Assembly: GCA_044347345.1 (NCBI GenBank)
Contig: JBIKUX010000002.1
Coordinates: 1-64,000, forward strand
From: Bdellovibrionota bacterium
GTDB lineage: Bacteria; Bdellovibrionota_C; UBA2361; JBIKUX01
Direction: 5' to 3'
Length of the DNA: 64,000 nt
A program made the translations under genes and the position numbers. Every line of letters starts with the position of its first letter. Positions within the stretch are counted from its first letter, which is position 1. This document shows, one piece after another, positions 19,971 to 28,181 of this stretch. A model generated the notes under the pieces. It searched no databases. It worked only from the letters and a program-made list of their open reading frames with translations, and was not told the origin of the DNA.

Positions 19971-20665
19971 GTAACAACCTGTTTAACGGCATTCCACCAA
20001 GGATCAAGAAGAAATTGAATTCGCTCAACTAGCAGTGCCATACGAGCCATAATGGTAGATCCAAAGAATGCCCCAAAACACACCATCATTAAAAGCCGAC
20101 CTGCTTTTGAAACTTTTTCAAAGATAGGACGCTTACCCTTTATGGAGAAGAAAAAGTAATACATCACCGAAAATAAAGTAAAAATAAAAACTATATTATT
20201 TATACTCGAGCCAATCTGAAATACGCCTTCTTTTACGACAATAAGAGGCTTAAAGCTGCTTGCAAACTGAGGCATCATCTCAGCAAAAAACCCCTTAAAA
20301 GAAAGTCCAGCAGTATATCCCAATGAAAATCCAATAACGAGTTTGGCTAACCAAGAAATTTTCGGAATATAGAGAGTATAATAAAATAACCCAAACCCTA
20401 GCGGTATTAGGTATAAAAGTGCAGTTAAACTGTAAGGCTCAGAGAGGGTACCATCAGGAAAAGTAGTTATAGAAGCTCCAATCATTGGAGTTATAATATT
20501 AGGCCATAAAAACTCCTTAATCGTAAGAAGCGGCAATAAACCTGCTGCAATACCAATAAAAAGATGTTCAAAGAACCGATAAAAATAATTCTCACCTAGG
20601 AGAAATGAATAAATACCAAGTGAAGCTATTCCGCCAATAAGAATTGTAGCTAATTCCCAAGTCAT
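19967..20665 (-). CDS. Uncharacterised integral membrane protein (about 6 TM)
   Basis: Hydrophobic throughout; YSFLLGENYFYRFFEHLFIG and GRLLMMVCFGAFFGSTIMARMALLVERIQFL; ATGA overlap with downstream gene. Confidence 0.8.
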   Translation of the reverse strand: MTWELATILIGGIASLGIYSFLLGENYFYRFFEHLFIGIAAGLLPLLTIKEFLWPNIITPMIGASITTFPDGTLSEPYSLTALLYLIPLGFGLFYYTLYIPKISWLAKLVIGFSLGYTAGLSFKGFFAEMMPQFASSFKPLIVVKEGVFQIGSSINNIVFIFTLFSVMYYFFFSIKGKRPIFEKVSKAGRLLMMVCFGAFFGSTIMARMALLVERIQFLLDPWWNAVKQVVT

Positions 20666-20675
20666 GAAATACTAC

Positions 20676-21539
20676 CTAAATACGCCATAATTTACCCAAC
20701 TCGCTTATGTTTCCCAATAATATGAGCAGAAGAATCAATAACTGTGTGACTCCCAGAGCAGTGTTAATTCGCACACCACTTCCCCATTGCCTGCTAGGTG
20801 TAGCTTTTGATAAAAGCTCTTCATACCATGCAGCCCCTGATACTCCTTCAAGAAGTCCTGAAAGCTGACCAGAATCTAAATAAATATAAGCTTCAGGAAT
20901 AGTAATAGAGGTACAACCATGCACTAAACTAGGGACATATCCTTTTCGCTGTAAAAATTGTACATAAGCATCAAAAAATCCTACATATCCTGTAAATTGA
21001 CCAACAAGCTTTACCTGATCTAGAGTTAAAACATCCTTAAAAATTGGCATAGAATTAATTTTAGTGCCAAATGCATCTACTCCAAGAAAAGATGGTATAT
21101 CATTTGACTTTGCTAATGCTTGCAGAAACACTGCCATCCCAGGTCGATAACCTAAATTAGCCCAGGCTACACCATATTCATATTTTTTAGTTGGATCTTC
21201 TGATATTAAACGCTTTATAACCCTTTCAGGGATACTTGAAAGAAATCCCCGTCCGTAAGGACTCAAAGTCATCAGCACTACAGGTACTTCTCTCCTGAGT
21301 AGATGCTCAAATACAACTTCAGCTTGAGATTCATTTTCTGCTCTAGTATTCGGACCAAAATCAAAACCAAGAATGGCGATGCTACTTTTATCATTAGCTG
21401 AAATACTTTCAATTGTATTAAATAATCGCTCGGCCGGCGCTAAAGGAGGAGTAGGAGCACGAATAGTGGCAACAAGAGGAATAACTACCGATGCGAATAC
21501 TGCAAAATATATCAGAGCTCGCCCTATTGACTCTTTCAT
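20676..21539 (-). CDS. Uncharacterised membrane-anchored protein (N- and C-terminal TM, central alpha/beta domain)
   Basis: Start placed at MKESIG (ATG 21539) because of an ATGA overlap with the upstream stop; FDFGP..E, YGVAWANLGYRPG, SGQLSGLLEGVSGAAWYE. Confidence 0.78.
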   Translation of the reverse strand: MKESIGRALIYFAVFASVVIPLVATIRAPTPPLAPAERLFNTIESISANDKSSIAILGFDFGPNTRAENESQAEVVFEHLLRREVPVVLMTLSPYGRGFLSSIPERVIKRLISEDPTKKYEYGVAWANLGYRPGMAVFLQALAKSNDIPSFLGVDAFGTKINSMPIFKDVLTLDQVKLVGQFTGYVGFFDAYVQFLQRKGYVPSLVHGCTSITIPEAYIYLDSGQLSGLLEGVSGAAWYEELLSKATPSRQWGSGVRINTALGVTQLLILLLILLGNISELGKLWRI

Positions 21540-22552
21540 TGTTTGTTCCGCTTTATAGAAAAAGAGCCACTTTCTATTGAAAGCCACATTCTAAAGGCCA
21601 TCACTAGACCTGCAATGGCAGCACCAAACTTAATTGCCCTAAAAGCCGCACTATTTGGTACCTCAAGTAACCACAGCCTTATATCACTAAACTGAGGAGC
21701 TATAAGTAACCCTACAAATGTCTGCCCAAGAATTACCAATACGGCGGCTATCATCATCAACAATGAATCAAGTGACCTTACTCTAAATGCTTTAAAAGCT
21801 GCATTAGCAATATACAAAGCTAAAAGCGAAAACATTGCAGCTCCAAGTGAGTTAAATAATCCCTCAACTATAAACTGATTCATATTTCTAATAACGTTAG
21901 CTTCGTATCTAATCCGCGCTAAACCTGATAAAGCAACTCCTGAAGATTCTAACTCCTCTACTAAACTTTTATTAAAAGATGGTTCACGCAATAAAAGAGC
22001 ATTGTCACTGAGTTCTTCCGCCCTTTTTTTCAAAGATAAGCTAATTGTTTCTCCACTTATATTGGGAAACGTTTTATCTATGTCAGTAGCAAACAAATTG
22101 AGCGCATCACTTAGCAAATAAACTCTCTGTTCAAAAGTAGCCTTGGGAGGCAAAGCATTGGCATGCAGATTAGATTCTTTACCATTACTAGAACTTAAAA
22201 CGACCGAATATTTAATTAATGAACGAGCCTTTTGCTGCCAAAAATCTACTTCTGAAGATGCTCGCCAATCTAACCATCCTATTACGAGGGTCATAATTAG
22301 TGCGAATATAAGTACTCCACTAAAAAAAGCCCCGTCTCTTCGAAAAATTATCTTCGCACCGTGATAACGAAGTAGATTAATAATACCGAGTCCAAAAGAG
22401 AGAGAACCTACTGTTATAAATCCATACGAAATATTGTCATGAAACTCAGCTATACCTAACGATTGCATAACAGATTCAGGAAACAAAAACTCTACAACAA
22501 AATAAAGTCCGCCCAAAAATGTTATAAATCTAATCAGCTGAGCTCGTGACAT
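21536..22552 (-). CDS. Uncharacterised integral membrane protein with helical soluble insert
   Basis: Three N-terminal and three C-terminal hydrophobic segments; AMFSLLALYIANAAFKAFRVRS, LGQ, VPNSAAFRAIKFGAAIAG. Confidence 0.8.
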   Translation of the reverse strand: MSRAQLIRFITFLGGLYFVVEFLFPESVMQSLGIAEFHDNISYGFITVGSLSFGLGIINLLRYHGAKIIFRRDGAFFSGVLIFALIMTLVIGWLDWRASSEVDFWQQKARSLIKYSVVLSSSNGKESNLHANALPPKATFEQRVYLLSDALNLFATDIDKTFPNISGETISLSLKKRAEELSDNALLLREPSFNKSLVEELESSGVALSGLARIRYEANVIRNMNQFIVEGLFNSLGAAMFSLLALYIANAAFKAFRVRSLDSLLMMIAAVLVILGQTFVGLLIAPQFSDIRLWLLEVPNSAAFRAIKFGAAIAGLVMAFRMWLSIESGSFSIKRNKQ

Positions 22553-22558
22553 CTGTAC

Positions 22559-23377
22559 TTAATTAAAAAGTGCTACCCAATCTGCGGTAAGCAAGCTCAT
22601 AACCGGTGGTAGAGTAAACCATCCACCGAGAACCTGATTCCAGGTCTCAATAATAACACCACCCGCAATAAGAATTAAAATAGCCAATTTTGCTCTATCT
22701 TGCCCAACTAAACTTCCAAGCTGCACTGGTTCACGACTCAGGTAAGCTGATGCCGCAAAAAGCTCCTCGCCAATAAGAGTGTAATCGCAAGTCGAAACAA
22801 AAAAAGCTACTTGCTCTGGACTCACACTCGCCGCTACTTGTAAGGCTCCAACCTGTTGACCGGCTTCAGCCAAAATCAATGACTCAGCGGCAAATGCTCC
22901 GAACAAGAAAGCTGCGCCAACTTTTTCTCGATGAAGCAACCCAATATATCCCGATGCAAATGCAAACTGATCCTCAGAAAGAAATAAAATATTTTGCGAA
23001 GAAAATGACGACTCTCGACCCACCGAAATATAAGCTTCTCTGGCGACATCTTCTACAATCGCCATTGCATCAGGAGCTGTTTGAGGAACATAGAGAGCAC
23101 AGCGGTAAAGAGCTGAGCGACGTGCCACGAAATAAAGCACTCCCAAGCAAGCATAAAGAACAGGGCCAACTTGAGTAAGCCCAGTTGAAAAAGAAGCTGG
23201 TCGTCCGAGTTCAGCTGCTCGACCAATAGCTTCTTCTATCGCATCTATACCAGAAATGCGCCTAACATAAATGCTCGTAGGATTATTGCGTGCACTCCTG
23301 ATGTAATACAAAACACAAGCGCACAAAGCTATCAAAATAAATAGCATTCCCGGAGTGGCGTGCTCTACCCCTTGCAC
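22559..23377 (-). CDS. DUF6754-like membrane protein
   Basis: YVRRISGIDAIEEAIGRAAELGRP, FLSEDQFAFASG, FAAESLILAEAG, FFVSTCDYTLIGEELFAASAYLS, GSLVGQD; TM at both ends; family recognised from memory. Confidence 0.75.
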   Translation of the reverse strand: MQGVEHATPGMLFILIALCACVLYYIRSARNNPTSIYVRRISGIDAIEEAIGRAAELGRPASFSTGLTQVGPVLYACLGVLYFVARRSALYRCALYVPQTAPDAMAIVEDVAREAYISVGRESSFSSQNILFLSEDQFAFASGYIGLLHREKVGAAFLFGAFAAESLILAEAGQQVGALQVAASVSPEQVAFFVSTCDYTLIGEELFAASAYLSREPVQLGSLVGQDRAKLAILILIAGGVIIETWNQVLGGWFTLPPVMSLLTADWVALFN

Positions 23378-23452
23378 AAAATTTCATCCTAAAAATTCGT
23401 CTTACCCAGCGTAAAAATATCAAACAAATTACACTCACAAACTAACGTAATT

Positions 23453-23731
23453 TTATTGCTGACGTAGCCTATTACAAAGAATCTTTAGTTGCTCTGTACT
23501 GCTAACTTCTGCGTTATCGAACAAAGATATTATTTGATCGCAAAAACTTCTACCGAAAAAGGGCGCTATAACTGGATGCAACGCTATAGCACAATTTTGG
23601 GCTATTTTAGTGAGAGGAGTGTGTGCCTCAATTATAGCCGCTACTATCTGGTTAATACCGAGGTTAATAGTTGTATCGATAAAACTTTGCAAAAAATCTT
23701 CTTTTTGTTTCAGTTCTTCACTAAAATGCAC
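23453..23731 (-). CDS. Small hypothetical helical protein
   Basis: 92-aa ORF, GGTGA RBS-like sequence upstream, co-oriented 75 bp upstream of the DUF6754-like gene. Confidence 0.6.
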   Translation of the reverse strand: MHFSEELKQKEDFLQSFIDTTINLGINQIVAAIIEAHTPLTKIAQNCAIALHPVIAPFFGRSFCDQIISLFDNAEVSSTEQLKILCNRLRQQ

Positions 23732-23899
23732 TTATAATCACCTAATGTTATTTAAATAAACTGTCCGCTTATCAAGCCAAAAATAAGCAACTTAAAAAGG
23801 TCTTAGAACTACTCTACGATTGCAATCAATAAGGTTTTCGTCAATCCATGATGTATGTTAATCGACAATCATTAAATTTTTCAGTAAACAGAACATCCA

Positions 23900-24364
23900 A
23901 TGGCAACTTGTATCGAATATCGTCTACTTGGAAGCATGTATTGTCCTTATGCTTGGTGTGCATGGAGTATTTTACAGTCAGCTTACAAACAGACAGAGGG
24001 GCTCGACGCTAAGGGTAATACTTGGTCTTTAGTTTTTGAGATTTTATTCACTGATTCTCAGACTAAAAAAAAACGTTTTATTTTGGAATTATTTAGAGCA
24101 GACAATACTAAACTCGATGACCTGAGAGCCATCGCTCGATTTGCAAATGACACTTTAAGTAACAATCAATTAGTTCCATCAGAGCCTCATTCTCAAATAA
24201 ATGCTTGGAGTACTTTTGAATTTGCTTTTCAGGATTTATTGTCAAATCCCTCAAAAGTTCATTACTTTGATGATTCAATGATGAAATACTACCAATCTAT
24301 ACCAATTCTAGCGGCTGTTGTTACTTCGATGCAGATAGTTACTTCAGTTCAGAGAAAATTTTAG
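23900..24364 (+). CDS. Hypothetical protein (N-terminal CPYAWC motif)
   Basis: 154-aa ORF, 4 bp before the NUDIX ORF; weak resemblance to the DsbA-family active-site region. Confidence 0.55.
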   Translation: MATCIEYRLLGSMYCPYAWCAWSILQSAYKQTEGLDAKGNTWSLVFEILFTDSQTKKKRFILELFRADNTKLDDLRAIARFANDTLSNNQLVPSEPHSQINAWSTFEFAFQDLLSNPSKVHYFDDSMMKYYQSIPILAAVVTSMQIVTSVQRKF

Positions 24365-24368
24365 TACG

Positions 24369-24953
24369 TTGGTGATAAAAACTTCTGATAATAAGTTAGG
24401 CATGAATAAAAACACGCAAAATCCATGGAAAACTCTTTCAACAAACAAAGTCTACCAAAATTCATGGATTACCGTTCGAGAAGACCAAGTACTAAGACCA
24501 GATGGATCTCCCGGTATATATGGAGTAGTTCAGTGCAGGGTTGCAACTGGAGTAGTAGCTATTGATAATGATACCAAAGTTTGTTTAGTTGGTCAGTATC
24601 GATATCCATTAGGCGAATACAGTTGGGAAATTCCTGAGGGAGGGGCTGAACCAAACGAAAGCCCTATCTTAGCTGCGAAGCGCGAACTAAAGGAAGAAAC
24701 AGGTGTTTTTGCTGATGATTGGCGGCCTCTCGGAGAACGTATTCACTTAAGTAATTGTCACTCTGATGAAGTAGCCTATATTTATCTTGCCACAAATCTA
24801 CAGATTGGTATTAGCAGTCCGGAGCCATCTGAAAGACTCAGTGTTATTTGGAAGCCTCTATCTGAAGTAATGGATATGGTCTCGAGAGGAGAGATTACTG
24901 ATGCTTTATCTATTATCGGTATAATGCGAGCTACTCAGGAAATACTCCGGTAA
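24369..24953 (+). CDS. NUDIX hydrolase (ADP-ribose pyrophosphatase-like)
   Basis: Nudix box EGGAEPNESPILAAKRELKEETG, QYRYP, GEITDA; start may be ATG 24402. Confidence 0.92.
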   Translation: MVIKTSDNKLGMNKNTQNPWKTLSTNKVYQNSWITVREDQVLRPDGSPGIYGVVQCRVATGVVAIDNDTKVCLVGQYRYPLGEYSWEIPEGGAEPNESPILAAKRELKEETGVFADDWRPLGERIHLSNCHSDEVAYIYLATNLQIGISSPEPSERLSVIWKPLSEVMDMVSRGEITDALSIIGIMRATQEILR

Positions 24954-24957
24954 TTAC

Positions 24958-25752
24958 ATGTCTAATTCAAAACCAGCATTAACACCCCAGCAAAAGTATT
25001 TTTCCGAGCTAAAAACATTTGAAGCAATTAAAAAGTACAAAGAGCTATTAGCTGGCCCCACAGCGAGTTGGAGATACTTTTTTGCACTGGAAATATTTCA
25101 ATTTCTCTTAGGTGGTATTCCTGGACTTATTGGTCTCATCTTACGAGGCTTAGTCTATCCCTCTATACTTGGTGCGTGTAGAGGTTTACCAGCAATTGGT
25201 CGTTCTGTAACAATTAAACAATCCAAAAAAATTAAGCTGGGTAAGGGTGTGCTAATTGATGATTTTGTCACACTTGAGGTAAGAGGTGCTAGAGGTTCTA
25301 TTACCTTAGAGAATAATGTAGCGATAGGTAGATTATCTACTATAGTCGCAAAATCTGGAACTATCTTTTTAGAACAAGGAGTCAACATAGCCACTTATTG
25401 CAGAATAGCTACTCAAAGTTCCATTAGTATCGGAGAGAGTACTCTTATAGCCGCTTATTGCTATATTGGACCAGGTAATCATCAGGTAGGAGACGGTTCG
25501 ATTCCCTTAATTGAACAACCTATGGAGATAAAAGGGGGAGTAAGTATTGGAAAGAACGTATGGATAGGAGCTCATACAACCGTACTTGACGGAGTAACTA
25601 TTGGTGATGGTGCAATTATAGGTGCTCACACACTTGTTAAAACTGATATCCCTGCAGGTGCAGTTGCAGTGGGAATACCAGCAAGAATCATTAGCTCATC
25701 TGAAGCTTTAAAGAATCGTTACCGGAGCCTCCCGGACGAGCAGACCTGTTAG
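24958..25752 (+). CDS. Hexapeptide-repeat (left-handed beta-helix) acyltransferase
   Basis: Repeats LGKGVLI, LENNVAI, IGESTLI, IGKNVWIGAH, IGDGAIIGAH, AVGIPAR. Confidence 0.9.
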   Translation: MSNSKPALTPQQKYFSELKTFEAIKKYKELLAGPTASWRYFFALEIFQFLLGGIPGLIGLILRGLVYPSILGACRGLPAIGRSVTIKQSKKIKLGKGVLIDDFVTLEVRGARGSITLENNVAIGRLSTIVAKSGTIFLEQGVNIATYCRIATQSSISIGESTLIAAYCYIGPGNHQVGDGSIPLIEQPMEIKGGVSIGKNVWIGAHTTVLDGVTIGDGAIIGAHTLVKTDIPAGAVAVGIPARIISSSEALKNRYRSLPDEQTC

Positions 25753-26836
25753 ATGGATTTTTTTCAAATCCTCCCTCTTCACTTAGTTTTACTCTCAGAC
25801 GTAAATTATTGGCACTATCTGCATTCTTCAATGCTTCATCTAGACTGATTTTTCCAGCCTTGTACAGCTCAAATAATGCTTGGTCGAAAGTTTGCATACC
25901 TAAGTTATTTGATTTTTCCATGGCATCTTTAAGTTCAGCTATTTGAGCCTTGTGTATTAGATCCTTCACCCTAGGTGAGTCTGTCATAATTTCCATAGCC
26001 GCTACGCGACCGCCGTCAACTGTACGACATAACCGTTGGCTCAATATCCCGCGCAAATTCAAACTAAGTTGCAGATAAATCTGACTATGCCTTTCTGGTG
26101 AAAAAAAGTTAAGAATTCTCTCCATAGCTTGGTTAGCATTGTTACTATGAAGGGTGGCAAGACATAAATGACCCGTTTCCGCAAAATTTAGTGAAGCTTC
26201 CATAGTTTCAGTATCGCGAATCTCACCAATTAAAATTACATCAGGTGCTTGTCTTAAAGCATTACGTAGCGCTATTTCGTAATTCTCAGTGTCTACGCCG
26301 ATCTCTCGCTGACTCACAATTGATTTTTTATGTGAATGAACAAATTCAATAGGGTCTTCAATAGTAACGATGTGGCCAGTTGAATTAGAGTTGCGATAAT
26401 CAATCAAAGCTGCCAAGCTCGTCGATTTTCCTGAACCCGTTGAACCAACGACAAGCACAAGACCGCGCTTAGTCATTGCAATATCTTTCATGATTGGAGG
26501 TAATTGAAGCTCATCAATCGACGGAATTTTTCCACGAATTTGCCTAATGACAATACTAACTGTTCCACGCTGAACCATTATATTAACTCGAAAACGACCG
26601 AGAGCTTTGTAAAAAAGGCCCAGATTCATCTCATTTTTAGCGTAAAACTCAGAGCGTTGCTTGTCATTCATAATGCTCTCAGCTAACTCTTTGGTATCCT
26701 GATCATCAAGACAACGGTTCCCAGCTGGTCGAGTCACTCCGTTTATACGATACATAGGGGGACTATCGACAGTTATGTAAAGGTCAGAAGCGTCGTGCTC
26801 CACCATTACAGTTAACAGCTTAGTAATGTCTAACAT
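25691..26836 (-). CDS. pilU: Type IV pilus retraction ATPase PilU
   Basis: GSTGSGKSTS, TIEDPIE, ALRQAPDVILIGEIRD, TLHSNNANQ, GMQTFDQAL, ADSANNLRL; follows pilT. Confidence 0.9.
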   Translation of the reverse strand: MLDITKLLTVMVEHDASDLYITVDSPPMYRINGVTRPAGNRCLDDQDTKELAESIMNDKQRSEFYAKNEMNLGLFYKALGRFRVNIMVQRGTVSIVIRQIRGKIPSIDELQLPPIMKDIAMTKRGLVLVVGSTGSGKSTSLAALIDYRNSNSTGHIVTIEDPIEFVHSHKKSIVSQREIGVDTENYEIALRNALRQAPDVILIGEIRDTETMEASLNFAETGHLCLATLHSNNANQAMERILNFFSPERHSQIYLQLSLNLRGILSQRLCRTVDGGRVAAMEIMTDSPRVKDLIHKAQIAELKDAMEKSNNLGMQTFDQALFELYKAGKISLDEALKNADSANNLRLRVKLSEEGGFEKNPSNRSARPGGSGNDSLKLQMS

Positions 26837-26876
26837 TGATTAAACCTCTATCTTTCCGCTGTAAATAATATTTCCA

Positions 26877-27974
26877 CTATCGATATTTCGAACCTCTGTT
26901 GTATTTACTACCTGGATTAGCCTCACTACTATCCTGCTCTTCAAACATAGCTGGATTACCTGTTTTTTCTATAGCTGTGTCTCGAGTTATTTGTCGTCTC
27001 TCCACCAAGTCTCTCAAAGACATTTCCATAGTTTGCATACCCTGCCCTTGAGAAGTTTGCATTATACTGGGTAACTGATGAATTTTTCCCTCTCTTATAA
27101 GATTTCTTACAGCACTACTTCCTCTTAGGATCTCCAGTGCGGCACACCGTCCACCACCTATTTTTTTACATAACGTCTGAGTTATAATAGCCTGAATAGA
27201 TTCAGCAAACATTGCTCTTATTTGTCCCTGCTGAGCTGGCGGAAAAACGTCAATAACGCGGTCAACAGTTTTTGGAGCACTAGAGGTGTGAAGAGTTCCG
27301 AAAACTAAGTGGCCTGTCTCTGCAGCAGTTAACGCTAGTTGGATAGTTTCAAGATCCCTCATTTCCCCAACCAAGATGATATCTGGATCCTCGCGCAATG
27401 CCGACTTAAGAGCGGCTGCAAATGATTTTGTATTAGGACCTATTTCTCTCTGATTAACCAAACACTTCTTTGAATAATGAACAAATTCTATTGGATCTTC
27501 GATTGTCAGAATGTGTCCCTCAAATGTCTGATTTAGGTAGTCAACCATTGAGGCTAGTGTAGTTGATTTTCCTGAACCGGTTGGTCCAGTAACAAGTACA
27601 AGACCCTTTTCAGCGTGCGAGATTTCTCGAAGAACAGGGGGCATATTTAACTGTTCTAATGACAAAATTTCAGTAGGTATTTGCCTAAAAACAGCTCCAA
27701 GGCCACGATTTTGCTTAAAACAATTTACACGAAAACGTGCAATATCGCCAAGTTGAATAGAAAAATCTATTTCGAAATACTCCTCAAAAACCTTTCTCTG
27801 AGAATCCCCCATAATGTCATAGACTAAAGTATGAGTATCTTCTGGAGTTAGAGGCGGAGCCTTTAACTTCTTCATATCACCGTGAATTCGAACCATAGGA
27901 GGCTCGCCTGCGCTTATATGCAAATCGGATGCTTTATTCTGAACAGCAAATTCCAGAAGCCGAGAAATATCCAT
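26877..27974 (-). CDS. pilT: Type IV pilus retraction ATPase PilT
   Basis: ASDLH, GPTGSGKSTT, ALREDPD, AAETGHLVFGTLHT, AVRNLIREGK (AIRNLIRE motif). Confidence 0.96.
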   Translation of the reverse strand: MDISRLLEFAVQNKASDLHISAGEPPMVRIHGDMKKLKAPPLTPEDTHTLVYDIMGDSQRKVFEEYFEIDFSIQLGDIARFRVNCFKQNRGLGAVFRQIPTEILSLEQLNMPPVLREISHAEKGLVLVTGPTGSGKSTTLASMVDYLNQTFEGHILTIEDPIEFVHYSKKCLVNQREIGPNTKSFAAALKSALREDPDIILVGEMRDLETIQLALTAAETGHLVFGTLHTSSAPKTVDRVIDVFPPAQQGQIRAMFAESIQAIITQTLCKKIGGGRCAALEILRGSSAVRNLIREGKIHQLPSIMQTSQGQGMQTMEMSLRDLVERRQITRDTAIEKTGNPAMFEEQDSSEANPGSKYNRGSKYR

Positions 27975-28181
27975 CGGCCGTATCTCCCCCTTTAGCCAAC
28001 TCTACATTTTGATAAAAACTCAAAAAACAACCAAACTTAAACTTATTTAAGATGTTTCCTTGGAGCCCTAATAAGAGAGGTCGGCTGATAGTAAATAAAG
28101 ATAAATAGGCTAGATGTAATTATTCCCTTAACTTGGCTAAGAGATTAATGTTTAGCCTAAAAGATAAAAGAACAATACTCA

